Position numbers and translations under genes: made by a program. This document shows positions 11,110 to 24,074 of a stretch of DNA of 64,000 nucleotides, piece by piece. Numbering within the stretch: the first letter of the stretch is position 1; each line of letters opens with the position of its first letter. Origin of the DNA: Anthoceros angustus (taxonomy: Eukaryota; Plantae; Anthocerotophyta). Location of the stretch: NCBI GenBank assembly GCA_010909165.1, contig VJWM01000135.1, positions 372,001 to 436,000 of the forward strand, given 5' to 3'. The notes under the pieces are model-generated. The model searched no databases. It was not told where the DNA came from and saw nothing but the letters and a program-made list of their open reading frames with translations.

Positions 11110-13077
11110 ATGGCTGCCTCGCTCATCCTCCCCTCTGCGGCGGCATCTGCTGTCTGCCGGCTGGCGGGCTCCAGCCAGGCCGTGGGTTCAGTGGGAGATG
11201 TCTCGCTGGCTCCTGCCAAGGCGTTTCGCAAGTCGACTTTCTTGGGGGCGCGGCTGGGAACGGAATCGCTGCTGAATGTGGTGGCGGTGGCACTCCCGGT
11301 TGCATGCTGCAGGGCATCGGCCTCTGGCGCAGCTGAGTCCTCCAGGGAATCCGTCCTGAGGGCCTTCACCGATCGCACAGCATTCAAGGTGCACTTTGCT
11401 GGTCCTTTTTGTATCCTGATTTGACGAGTAGGAAGCAGGTCGGGGCATCGTTTCAGGCATACAGAGGCTAACACCAAGGCACACATTTCCGATGTCAGGT
11501 GATTGCAGGCTTGCAAAACTTCAACGTGGACAATGTGTGTGCAGTCGTCATGGCCGCTGAGAAGGTGGGACGAGAGTACATTCTGTGAATCAGTTTTGCA
11601 TGTTTTACATCCTTCAAGCTGTTCTATGGCAATGCCCATTCAAGAACCTGTAGCTGCCATGTCTCTGCCAATGCTACAGTGTGTGTTGTGGTTGCTCCTG
11701 ATGTTCTATCCCTGGTCGAGTTGGTGGGCCAGGGTGGCGCCACTCATGTGGACATTGCCTGTGACCCAGAACTGGTGAAGATTGCCACCAGCCTGACCAG
11801 TTTGCCTGTAAGTGGCCGAATTTCAAGTCCAAACCTGGCTCTCTGTGGATTTGCTATGTGAGATGTACATACTTATCCTTTGTGTCTATGGTTTTGTCAG
11901 GTTTGTGTTTCGTCTGTGGAGCCGGAAGGTTTCGTTGCTGCAGTGCAAGCTGGAGCTTGCATGGTGAGTATCAGGCTTGAACAAGGTTTGCACTTTCGCC
12001 TCATGTGGTGACATGGTCGGCAGGTAGCTTGACAAGGTGGAAGTGAGGTCCTGCAGGTAGAGATCGGTAACTATGATTCTTTCTACAAGAGCGGCCGCGT
12101 TTTCTCAGCGGAGGAGGTAAGCTCAGCATGTTGGACAGGATGTTTCGGTATGAGTATCTCCAACGTGTAGTGTGGTTATCAGTTTCTTCGGCTTGTGCTA
12201 CCTGCTATGTAGTAGCTTGCACTTCTCTGTGTGATACTGATGTGACGAGGTTGTTATGCAGATTGTCCAGCTTACAAGGAAAACTAGACAGTTGCTGCCC
12301 AGTGTGGTCCTTTCTGTCACAGTGCCACACACAATGCCTCTGGATGAGCAGGTGGTTTATCTGTTTGTAAACTGATGTGGGTATATTTTTACATGGAAGG
12401 ATCAATGCACTGGCATTCAGCTCTTGTATGACAATCGAGTAGGAACGTTACTGACTGTCTTAGAATCCCGATTGGCTCAGGTGGCACTTGCAGAGAGATT
12501 GGAACTTGAAGGGGCTGACATCATCCAAACAGAGGGTGGTACTAGCTCTACTCCATCTAGTTCTGGAATTCTTGGCCTATTTGAGAAGGTACGGTACACC
12601 ACAGTCTGAATGAAGCACTGTTCAACACTACCTGGATGATCCGCACGACCAACATCCCGTGTTATGGACGGACTCACTCTGGAAGTGTTGTTGATTCTGT
12701 GCAGGCTGCCCCAACCCTGGCAGCGACGTACTCCATCTCCAAAGCTGTGGACATTCCAGTCATGTGTGCGTCCGGTTTAAGCTCTGTGACAGCTCCGCTA
12801 GCCATCACTGCTGGTGCTGCCGGAGTGGTAAGGATCCTAACGTTCGCACTGCTCGTTGTCGCCTAGTGTCTTCATCATTCTTTAGGTTCCTGGTATTCCA
12901 GGAATTTCAGATGTCTTAACAACCACCTTGTGGTGACAGGGCGTTGGATCCGCTATCAACAAGCTGAATGATACAATTGCCATGGTTGCCGCTGTCCGGG
13001 CCATTGCGGATGCCCTTGGCTTACCTTCCAACGTAGACCAGCCCTCTTCAAGGTCCAGCGCACTTGCAGCGAACTAA
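11110..13077 (+). CDS. Ycf23-like / DUF561 protein with a probable plastid transit peptide (multi-exon)
   Basis: Exons give GGATHVDIACDPELVKIATSLTSLP, VEIGNYDSFY, GADIIQTEGG, AAPTLAATYSISKAVDIPVMCASGLSSVTAPLAITAGAAGV, GVGSAINKLND. Ala/Ser-rich N-terminus. Confidence 0.88.
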
Positions 13078-13495
13078 GACCTGCGAACAAGCCGCCATCT
13101 GTGGACCACATTCTGGACTTGGATGCGGAGGTATATTTCCGCCATTTTTGAAATAGAGACGTGTGCTTCAACCGTCGCCTCCGGCAGCCGCTTTCAAACA
13201 TCATCAGCGGGCGATGGCCTGTCTTTTCTCCACCTACCGGCACAACTCATACCTCCTGCTTTCTGCAATGTCCGCATCATGCTGAAGCCGCTGCCCTGCA
13301 GAGCTTCCGACAGTCGAAGGTAATATCGGAGAGGGGTTCCAGCCTCCGGCCGCCCAAGTGGATGCCTGGAGTTATCACCAAGACGCCTGTGCATCTGGCT
13401 GGACACAAGCCTGGAGTCTTTACCAAGAACATGTGCATTTGGACATACTCCTAGAGTCTTCACCAAAGAAATTGCGCATTCCTCTAATCTGTGAA

Positions 13496-14437
13496 ATGGC
13501 AGCGAATAAGGATGAGCTCGTCCTCGTGGAAGACGGCATCACCGAGCCTCGCAGAATTCCGGCCCTCTCCGGCTCTTCGAAGACTCTTTTGCTGGCGGGA
13601 CAGGGTATTGATCTGCTGGAACTGGATCCTCATCTTCAGCCCGGACTTCACCAACTGTTGCCTCTGCTGCAGGTCTGACTGACATGCACATCGAAGCATT
13701 GCATGTGAAATTCACACGGATCACGGTCTATATAGAGCCCGAGGTAACCGCTCACCTCCAGACGTGGAAAGGGAAGGCCGTCGACGAGCTGATTGAGGAC
13801 TATGATTTCTTCACCGAGCTGATTCGAGGTGAGCCTCGAGGATTGCTTGCAAAATCCCGCTCTCCGCTCTCCGCTCCCCGCACTCTGCAGCTCTCTTAAT
13901 CCTTGACCGGATCTGCATCCTTGGCTCTCAATCTGCAGCGCCTGTGGAGAAGTTCGTGAAGGTTGTGATACTCAAGGGGCCGGTCAGAGGAACCGACTAC
14001 GGGAAGAGGCTGGTGTCGTCCATCAAGGAGAGGCTGCTACTAGACGAGAAGCTCGGTGAGGCAGAAGAAGAGGAACTGGAGCAGCTGGTTGCATTCTTCC
14101 AAACCTTCAAGGAGTTCCCCGTAGGCTCCGCAGTTCTCCACGCAATCCCCTCCCCTTCCGCGTTCACCGTAAGCAAACCACGACTCCACGAGTGCGAGGT
14201 CATGTGGATTTGCATCGGATCACACGTCCCGGAGCAATTGATAACCACTTCCTCTCTTCTCCATCTTTTGTTCAGGTGTCTGTCGATGGCGTTCTGGAGG
14301 CGGAGCCAGGAGCAGCGCATACAGTCTCGAGCGCTGCAATTGTGTTGTCCCTCTTGGACATCTTTCTGGGAGAGAACACGCAAAGTCCTTCCACCGCAGC
14401 TTCCGTGGCGGAAGGCGTTGCTGCGTGGCTCAATTAG
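13496..14437 (+). CDS. CHIL: Chalcone isomerase-like protein (type IV CHI-fold), 4 exons
   Basis: LLLAGQG|LTDMHIEALHVKFTRITVYIEP..HLQTWKGK..DFFTELIR|APVEKFVKVVILK..LGEAEEEELEQLVAFFQ..SPSTAASVAEGVAAWLN. GQGLTD rather than GAGxRG fits the non-catalytic CHIL class. Frame-consistent splice sites. Confidence 0.9.
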
Positions 14438-15415
14438 CACACAAATTTGCAGCTTCAGAATTTGCTAAGGATAGAATCCTTCTTCTTCTTCATACATAAA
14501 CATCACACATATCAGCCGCGGATGCTGTTGTAACTTTGTGAGCGGGTTGAGTAGTACTGATGTTTCTCGAACTTCCTGGCGTCCAATGCTGTGAAGCATC
14601 AGGTGGGTTGGTGTGATTCTGCACCTCGTCACCCATGCCAGCCAAAGAGGCCTCCGGGAAAAGACTGGATGCGGATAATAATATCATGTGTCAGGCGTCG
14701 CGTTGTCCTCCGCCTACTGATTCAAATCCCATGGATGACACCTCCCGACCTTGACCAGCATCGCCTCCCCAGGCGGGAACTACAAAAACTCAACTCGACG
14801 AGAGTCACGGGACATATGCACGCTCACTTGAATCGCAATTAACCAAGATCGAGGTGAAGTCGGCTCAATTGTCCCGCTGGAAGTTGCAAGTGTATCCCGA
14901 TGCATGCATCTCATTATCTTGGAAGCTACTGCTCACAATTGACGCCGTCTCGATCTGCAGCGCCTGTGGAGAAGTTCATTAGCGTCGGCTTTCTTTTGGA
15001 GAAAACCCCGGGGTCCAGGGTTGCTGTTCATCAAGGCGAAGCTCACCAAGGACACCACGCTCAGAGAGGCTGAGGAGAAGGAGATTCAGGCGCTGATCGC
15101 ATTCTTCCAAGGCGTCGAGAACGTAACCGCTGTCGTCTTCGCCTACCCAATCTCCAGCGGTTGTCAAGATCACGGTATGCCCTGTGCCCCACCGCCTGCA
15201 GCGCAGCAGTGATATGCCAGAACAACATTAGCGAAACTGCTTGAGACGTTCGCTCGCGAATCGCGAACCGCAAGGTGCCATGACGAGCTGGTCCCCTGCT
15301 GCAGGTGTCAGTGCCCGGCGGATCGACTCTTTCACACGAGAGCTCAAACGAGCTCTTTGTGACCACCCTCTTCGAAAACACCGTCCTCAACATCTCCGCG
15401 CCGGCCGTGGAGGGC

Positions 15416-18400
15416 GCCGGAGGCTAGTTCTCCCTGCAAAGTAATGGCGCTCTTCTCCCGAGGTGGTGGGCCCCATCGCCTAGCCTTGCCTCGCGCCATG
15501 ACCCATCCCATGTCCATAGCACCCTGTCTAGGTGAATATACGTATGAGCGCATACTATACCATACACGGCAACCCGTAGCGGCCTGCGTCGTTCATGGCT
15601 CCGGTTTGTGGAATGGCCGGTTGGGGTTCATTTTAAGCGCGAAACGTGCCCTAATCAGTTCGCCAAACAACCACATTTTAAACGGCCGCAAATCAGACAC
15701 AATCCGCTTGGCAATGCGACGGGGGCCTCCACCTCTTCTTGGAGCGCATGGGATCGGACTCTTATCGGCAGACGTCCGCTTGGCAACGCGACGGGGGCCT
15801 CCACCTCTTCTTGGAGCGCATGGGATCGGACTCTTATCGGCAGACGGAGCGTGACTCTGATAGCTCATGTTCCACGCTGACTGGCAGAAAATGGTGAAAC
15901 ATACAACTGAGAGGAGAACATCCAAGACTGTAGAGCAAAATTCCAAGGCTCAGTAACTTCAGGCAGTTGCCATGTTCGCACAACTTTCTAAGCTTAGCCT
16001 CGGAGCTATAGGCAGTTCTATGTGCTAAGGCCTAGGAACTATAGGCAGTTGTATGTTTGACCTACTGGAATTTCACTTTCTGATCTTGGGGCCGTTCTTC
16101 CTCTGCCGACTCCTCCGTTTCCCAAAAGGCTTTTCCGTTTAAGAGAATTGTCTGTATGAGCAGGATTGTGGTGTAGAATTGGTGTTTCATGCAACTGGTG
16201 AAGATGAAGATCAGCGCCCAACCCTTGGACCTGCCTTACTAATTGTCCCATCATGGCAGCAACATGATTTTCTAACTGTGGCCACTTCTCCACCATTCCC
16301 TAATCTCTGCCCAACTCACGTCCATGGACTGGACACCTGGTTCAGGCAAGGTACTTGGGGCCCTTCTTGGACAACATCCTGTTTGGGGCAGCGTAGTTCA
16401 TGCCCATCCTGGCAAACATTCACTGCAGGCTCCTCATAACTTGTTGTGTGCATGACCTGACTTGCCAAATTGAAATTATCAGTACCATGTTCCTTCGACA
16501 TATCCATCAGTTTGTGCACAAGCATCTGTAGCTGTCATTCGATTTAACATCAGCAAAACCTTCACTTGATGTTTGCAAACAAAGCCATTCAATCCTTGTT
16601 TGCAGTTGCAAGCAGCCCACGCCTTCCACCATTTAGCACCTCGTACTAACGCTGACCCGTTAAGTGCCTTCGACTTTTAACGTATGCTGAAGCATTATCC
16701 GTTGTCGAGTGTGACATCCACATTTGGAATTTGCAGTGCCTTAGTAATTGCATGGTGCACAAGTCTCTCCAACTTGGTGTTGTGAACAATATTCAGCAAC
16801 TTGCATTGTGATTGGAACCAAAATGCCGATTGACTTCATCCACAAGGATATGAAGTAACCAATCTAAACGCTCACCGTAAGCCGCTTCGTAGCGACATCC
16901 GAATTTCAAGTGCTGGTGGTAGGCTTCTATGTCATTGCGTCTTGGCCAGCATGTGGGACTTCAGCTTTGATCCACATAGTCATAATCGCCCCATTGCCGC
17001 TTAAAATAAGTCACAAATTCGGCTCATATTGCGTATGTCGAGTAGAATGCGTCAAGCTCCGCCACGCTTTCTCCATACCGCAGCCTTGCTCCTCCATATA
17101 CATAATTTTACCAAGTGTGCTCATCATCTCGCCTCCGACTTTATTTTTCACCTTCTTTATGAGTTGTCTCAACCAAGCACGCACATGCCACAAACACAAA
17201 AACACCAACATGTTAGAGCCGAATACTTGTCGATAGCGTTAATCTCGGCTTGGCAATCGTCCACCAAGAAAGCATTGGGCTTCCACTGGATCGACTTCTC
17301 CAACATCGCTTTAAAGCCCCAGCCATGCACTAATATTGTCAGGTCTGTCGAAATGATCCATGCTGGTAGCCTGCTTCATGTGGTCATCAAGACCAACACC
17401 GTAAACAACGAAATTTCCATTTGTTAGTCCCGAACGTGGCATCCATAGAGACAATCGAGTTATGGCCCCACCTCAACATACATGAGTCGAAATGGTGTCT
17501 CGAATACCGGTAAAGTGACACCACAAGACTTAGAGCTGAAGGAAGAAAAGAAAATCTCATGCTTGTGTAAGTCCATCCATATTCTCACACTTTCCTCATC
17601 GATGATGCAATCTCCATGTCCTGCAATCAAGCTCACTGTATGTTTCTTATATCCTTGGGCAATAAGAAATCATCCGGACCAAGTGGCATCTTGGGTTGTC
17701 CTTCTTCTGCGATACACATCCTCCTCATGATCACACATAATTTGGTAATTGGTCACCGGCATAAGAGCTTGTGCTTTACCCATTCCGCTTTGCCATAGAT
17801 AAAGCAGAGCAAGAGAAACATTAGCGGGGCATCGAGCTAACAAACCATGGCGTAAATCACCATTCATGTCTATGTGGTGCCATTCGTGAATTCGTATCTC
17901 GCAATTCTCGCCATTGCAATAATCTGATGAAGAACCGGAATTTACAGCCCTTTTCCTCATGTCTTCATGCGTGACGGCTGCGCCTTTCCCCTTTTTGGAC
18001 GGTTTGTCACATCAATGAAAGGCTCCACACCAAGGCGAAAATCTTGTGGTCCGTAAGCACATTCATATTTAATATATGAGCTTGGTGAATTAGGCACACG
18101 ATATACGGGTCCGTGGACCGTTTCCGACATTACGTCTTACAAGCGTTGTGGGGAAGCGAGAGTTCTCGACTTCCGCAAGAAAATCGTCCACTCTATCCCG
18201 GAAACGTAGGCTATTTTGACATTCGTAACCATCTTCCCTGCGATTGCTTGAGGGCAACCATCAGAATCTTCTTTCTTGAAATGCCCAACAATCGGAAGTC
18301 GCAGGCGGAGGGCATGTATCCATACTCACAAAGTCCGGGCGATTGTAGACATACAGCCTTAGATCCTTGCTCACAAAGGGGCATGCCATTTCGACCATGA

Positions 18401-19066
18401 ATGAAATTGCAATATGCGAGAAGAATGCAAAGTTACGAGGTAAAGATCCTTCAAGGAGCCTTGCGCCTTGCGAATGCTTGAGCCTGAGTGTTGGATGGCG
18501 TCACATCAGCGTGTGTCTCACCATCTTCGCAGGGCGTGAGCGTGGAGCATCGAAAGTAGAAATTACACAGTCTTCAAGCTCTTCACCTCACCATTCTCGG
18601 CGAAACAATTCCATTGGCAATGCGGGATGGACAAGCCTTCCATTGAACACATTGGTTCCACTGATCTCCCTACCGCGCCCCGCCAGCGAAAGTCCGATGC
18701 AATTCATGCTCACACCACGAAGAGATCGCGGCACGGTCGTGCGGCCAAGCCGTTGTGTCGGATACACGTTCCCAATGTTGGGAACACGTTTGATTTTGGA
18801 CAAACTGCGGATTGTGTCCGATTCGCGGCCGATTAGGGCACGTTCGCGCTTAAAATGAACCCCAACCGCCATTCCACAAACCGGAGCCATGAACGACGCA
18901 GCCGCCACGGGTTGCCGTGTATGGTATAGTATGCGCTCACGTATATTCACCTAGACAGGGTGCTATGGACATGGGATGGGTCATGGCGCGAGGCAAGGCT
19001 AGGCGATGGGGCCCACCACCTCGGGAGAAGAGCGCCATTACTTTGCAGGGAGAACTAGCCTCCGGC
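15416..19066 (-). mobile_element. Mutator-like DNA transposon (MULE) with degenerate transposase
   Basis: 9-bp TSD GTGGAGGGC (15407-15415 and 19067-19075). TIRs of about 260-290 bp begin GCCGGAGGCTAG (15416-15707 / 18807-19066). Internal minus-strand remnants: MDATFGTN (~17440), WKPNAFLVDDCQAEIN (~17260) and SWIM finger ACNCKQGLNGFVCKHQ (~16590). Confidence 0.93.
15706..15848. repeat. Tandem duplication, 2 x ~72 bp, just inside the left MULE TIR
   Basis: GCTTGGCAA(T/C)GCGACGGGGGCCTCCACCTCTTC...GGCAGACG occurs twice in succession. Confidence 0.9.
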
Positions 19067-19399
19067 GTGGAGGGCATACTTTCCTGGCTCAAGTGAACCC
19101 ATCTGCCACCGACAGTGTAAAACCCTGGAGGATGAACAGGCTAAACCCTCGACCCTGCATAAAACTGATGTTATGTGCTAAGTCTTAAAAAAGATACGCA
19201 AATGCTGTTGATGTGCTTATAACCCAGCTTCAATGCCCAAGTACCGGCTAATGTGGGCATAAGATTGCCGAATAACTTAGTTATTCGGCATATATGTGTG
19301 AATGTGATAAGTATGTCCTGATTGATAAACATTTTAAATGAGAGAAGAAGAGGGGCATATCACACATGCTACGAACTTCTACAAGTGGGGATTAATGCT

Positions 19400-21210
19400 C
19401 AGCTCACAAATAAGTATGACTCGGAGGATTCACACTCGTATATATGTGGTCAAGTTCTTTACTCACAAACACTTCATACGCACTTGCCCTCCAGGATTCA
19501 CATCTTGAGGGGAATGGAGCTTCATACAACAATATCATAGAATGGTAAAAAGCAGTCTTCCTGCTTTCACCGGGAGGAGTTGTAATAGCCTGGAAGCATA
19601 GCGTTCACACGGCATAGAACAAAAAAAGAAAAAAATCGTTAGCCATCATCCATCTGCCAATCATCAGACAAGGCATACTCAACAATGAAGCCAAGTAGGA
19701 CTGTAGTGCACGGTACTCATGGTAACTCAAAGGCGGCCAGGAGCAAGGCTCCGGTGTGTCTCCTCTATAAAATTCATTTCGAACCCCTTCTGACACTCAT
19801 AGAGGCACAAGGTTCGAGATACAGTTTTCAGTGTACCCACACTAAGGACCTTTCGTTTCTTATCGACTGCCCTACATCCTGGAATGCACGCTCTCCGATG
19901 CAGCCTAAGTGGTTGTGCAAAACACCCTCGCTTTGCCTAAACTCATGCCTTTCCTATTTCGGGCCTATTTGTTCCAACCCTGAGGCAGGCAGAAACTATT
20001 TGGATTACTGCAGCAAAAAAACAAAACACAAGACAGCTTGTGTGCTACTTGTATGCCAGTTGTGTGTCCATTGCCAATCCCTTGTTGCATGAGATTGTAG
20101 GTATACGTATGTGATCACCAAAAAGAGACTGTGACATGGGTTACCTGAGCGTTGTCAAATGAGGCCCTTGGTAAATCGAGAACCTGGTCTATTGTGCGGA
20201 GCGCCACAAGTTGTGCGAGCTGTGTGCTTGCACATAGGCGATGGCAATTGAGATATGAGATCTTAAGTTGCTGGTGAAAAAGTTTGACCCTTCGATCACA
20301 AACTTTCACCTATGGAACACACGCATAAGATTACTTGCTAGAAGACTTGTGTTCCATAAGATTACTCTTGGAAGAAAAGGAGGTGGGATATTCTAAACGA
20401 GGCAAGATCTAGAGCAAGACTTGCGGATAACTCTGCTCTTTGGACCTCAAACGGGCAGGATTAAGGAAAACCCGTCAGGCGTGGAATCCGATTTGCCTAC
20501 ATTTGAAGGATCCAGTGTTTGCCCAGATTAGCGCTACATTTGAAAGACAAGTGTTTGCCGAGTGTTTGAACATGTGACATATCTTTTTTTATAGTTCGCA
20601 ACAAAATGAAAAATAAGCTCGAGAAATTATGCGCGCGTGTCCCGACTGCCCAAGTGTCCCTAACGGCACGCCATAGCGCAGATGTTTCTAGAACCTTGTG
20701 GAGTCCAATGGTGTGAAGCATCAAAGTGCATGTGTGGTACAAATGTGTCACGGTTCCCGGTGTGGACCCTGCCTCAATGGGTTCTCACCGTGATGTCTCA
20801 CAGCAAATTCTGAAGCAATTTCACAGCAAGTTCATCAGGTGGGTTGGTGTGCTTCTTCACCTCGTCAGCCATTGGCCCAGCCAAAGAGGCCTCCGAAAGC
20901 CTGCAAAGACTTGACCCGGACAACAATACTTTGTGTTAGACGTCGCGCTGTCCTCCGTCTACTGGTTCAAAATGCATCGATGACACCTCCCGACCTCTTG
21001 ACCACCTTCACCGGCGTCGCCTCCGCAAACGTGACCTACCAGCTTTTGAATGGCTCCAGGGAACCTCCAATCCGGGTGCAGGCACGAGTTCAAGTACAAA
21101 AGCTCACCTCGACGAGATGTCTGTATGCTCACTTGAATCGCAGTTCACCAAGGTCGAGAATCGGAGACCTGTGCATCCAGAGCCTTGCCTGTGCAGAGTG
21201 GAATCCGCTC
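19400..21210 (-). other. Putative unidentified multi-exon gene or pseudogene
   Basis: Several AG...GT-bounded protein-like open segments (e.g. GDTPEPCSWPPLSYHEYRALQSYLASLL; AQLVALRTIDQVLDLPRASFDNAQ; VRDTWAVGTRAHNFSSLFFILLRTIKKD). At least one in-frame stop; family not recognised. Confidence 0.3.
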
Positions 21211-21342
21211 CAATCAGTTCAGGCTAGCTTCTGCACAGTTTAGCAATAGCCAGTAAGTGCATGCATGAAGCAGTTCTGCATTTGTGCAACTGGATTTCTA
21301 GAAGGCATACAGTCTTTCTCATGAAGCATTCCGGGATGTTGT

Positions 21343-22279
21343 ATGACAGTGGCCGAGACCTTCCCCGACAGCATCACCGCTCCTCCCGGCTTGTCCAAGA
21401 CTCTCCAGTTAGCAGGCCATGGTAAATTCTGCTGGAAAGCGGACCTTACCTGTTTGCAATTGACAAAGATTGCACAATGCAAGAAATAGCAATGCCACAG
21501 TGTGACAATTTCGCGCAGGCGAACAAGAAAGGGAGGTTCAGGGACGGCCTGTGAAAGTGTCCCGGATAGGAGCTTACTATGAGCCCGACGTGGTTTCACA
21601 CCTCCAGGCATGGAAGGGGAAATCCGCTGAAGAGCTCCGAACTGACGAGGCCTTCGTCGCGGCTCTCGCCAAAGGTATGTTGCCTGTCCCAATTGATGCC
21701 ACTGCCCATCATTCATGCCGTGAATTGTCCCACTGGAAGAAGCAAGTGCATCCAGATGCATGCATCTGACTGTCTGAACGCTTCCGCTCACAATTGACGC
21801 CATCTCGATCTGCAGCGCCTGTGGAGAAGTTCATTAGCGTCCGCTTTCTATTGGATCAAACCCGCGGGGTCAAGATTGCAGAGAAGGCGGAGCAGGTCAT
21901 CAGGGAGAAGCTCACCAAGGACAACACGCTTGGAGAGGCTGAGGAGAAGGAGCTTCAGGCGCTGATCGCTTTCTTCCAGGGCATCGAGAACGTAACCGCT
22001 GTTGTGTTCGCCTACCCTTCTCCCTCGGTTGTCAAGATCACGGTATGTCCTGGACCCCACAGCCTGCAGAGCAATCGTGTTATTGCGAGAACAATGTTTG
22101 CGAAAGTGTTGGAGACAAGCTGACCATGACGAGCTGGCCCCGTGCTGCAGGTGTCGGTGCCCGACGGATCGACTGTTCCACACGAGACCTCAAACGGGTT
22201 CATTGTGACCGCGCTCTTCGAATTTATTCTCCTCATCTCTGCGCCTGCCGTAGAGAACATCGCTGCCTGGCTCAAGTGA
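21343..22279 (+). CDS. Divergent chalcone-isomerase-fold protein (~196 aa, 4 exons, appears intact)
   Basis: Exons 21343-21421, 21519-21674, 21816-22042 and 22151-22279 splice in frame: TFPDSITAPPGLSKTLQLAGHG|EQEREVQGRPVKVSRIGAYYEP..WKGK..|APVEKF..|VSVPDG..AVENIAAWLK*. Same intron phases as CHIL. Confidence 0.8.
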
Positions 22280-24074
22280 GTCTGGCTAACGAAAGCCAGA
22301 GAGTCCGAGGCCTTGCTTACTCTGAGGCAGCTTTCACGTTTCCTCCCCTCACGACGATGTGTCTCAAGGCTTGGATATGGAAGATGTGCCCTGTATTGAA
22401 TAAGTAGAAATGGGTGAGCCTGTTAGAAATCTATAGGATTGGTGCAACACATCACATATTAGAGTTATGAGTATAAGTCCTAGAAGTATATAGGATTATC
22501 CCAGGAGCGAGATAGGGTTTCATACTATGGAGAGTATGACAAGGCCAAAGGCTATATATGTATGCATAGCACACCATTTCTAATGTACTGAACCTGGGAA
22601 TTACTGTTTTCTAACATGGTATCAGAGCATGGTTCAGGAGATGCGTAAAGTACTCTGCACCACCCTGTGTGGAACTCTTGCCACTTGTCTTCTATTGCAT
22701 TGTTTGTAGTTATGCAGACTAAGTGTTTGTGAAAGCTCGTTTGCAATTTCGTGAAGCTTGGTAGTAGTTTTGGTGCGAGGAACTTTTGTCTTGTCTTTGC
22801 ATAGCTTTCAAAGGTGTGCATATGGAGACTACGCGTCTAGTGGAGAAGTTTAATGGTAGGAACTTCACATTATGGAAGTTGAAGCTAAAATCTCTTCTCA
22901 TTGACAGAGGATTGTGGAAGTTTGTGGAAAATGGACTTCCAGATGGCGCTTCTGAACAGGACATAGACAAGGATGCGAAAGCCTTGGCTAATATTATCAC
23001 GAATGTGTCGGATGACATTCTCTCACAATTGAGCGAGTGTGTCTCTTGAGGATGCATGGAAAATTCTCTGCGTCGCAGAAGAAGAGCATTGTGAGCGAAA
23101 TCTTTGGAAAGTCAATTCTCCAACTTCAAGATGGTTGAGGCGACACTGTCAACAACATGTCAACAAGTTGAAAAGCTTGGTTGATCAAATGAGGGAGGCA
23201 GATCAAACCTTGAGGGTAAGGTGATCATCGCTGAGTAGTTTGTGTCGTAGAGGTGGCTTGAATTCGTATAAGCACTTCCTCGACCAACAACCAAGCAAAC
23301 AAATCTGTCACCGGTGTATAGGTGCAAACCAATAAACAACGAGGAGGAGTAGCTCGCCGTCGTGGCACAAAACACACTCTCCCACGAACAACACGCAATT
23401 CCTCACACATCGCTTCCTGAGTCATAGCTTTGGCCTCCTCACAACGCCTCAGAGATATCTAGAGGACAAGCTATGATCCGAGCTTGTCCTCAATGGAAGG
23501 GTCTATATATACTAGACCGGCATCGGCATATTCTAAGATATCCTATTGGCATCCGCATATGCCGAAATATCCTAAGAATACACTATAATATGCAAGGAAT
23601 ATGCCAAAGCATATTACTTGAGCTTATCCACTTAGCTATTGTATCCTAAGAATACACTATAATATGCAAGGAATATGCCAAAGCATATTACTTGAGCTTA
23701 TCCACTTAGCTATTGCTAACCATGTTTAATTAACACTAATCAATGCTTAATTAACATAAGCACATTAGATTAATTAACACTAATCAACGCTTAATTAACA
23801 TAAGCACTTTAGATTAATTAACACTAATTACTTACTTAAAGATAAGTAATTAGATTAATTAATGCTAATCAAACACTAAACCCAAGTGCGATTAGTATCA
23901 CACGGCATGGCAGCATGCGAGGTAAGCACTTGAATTCATATAAGCACTTCCTCGACCAACAACCAAGCAAACAAATCTAATACGCAGTATATAGGTGCAA
24001 ACCAATCCCCGATAATGTGAGACTCCAAGTCGAACATTATCATTAGTAGGACTACATACGACGCACCTCATGTA

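Larger units (their letters stand above)
14961..19096 (+). pseudogene. CHI-fold pseudogene: exons 3-4 only, frameshifted, last exon interrupted by a MULE
   Basis: APVEKFISVGFLLEK...EAEEKEIQALIAFFQGVENVTAVVFAYP, then VSVPGGST...NISAPAVEG[insertion]ILSWLK*. Closely similar to 21816-22279. Confidence 0.85.

Noticed and set aside
10473-11639. 287-288 aa ORFs on both strands
   Set aside because: Overlap MVD exons antisense or Ycf23 exon 1 antisense in GC-rich sequence; no independent homology signal.
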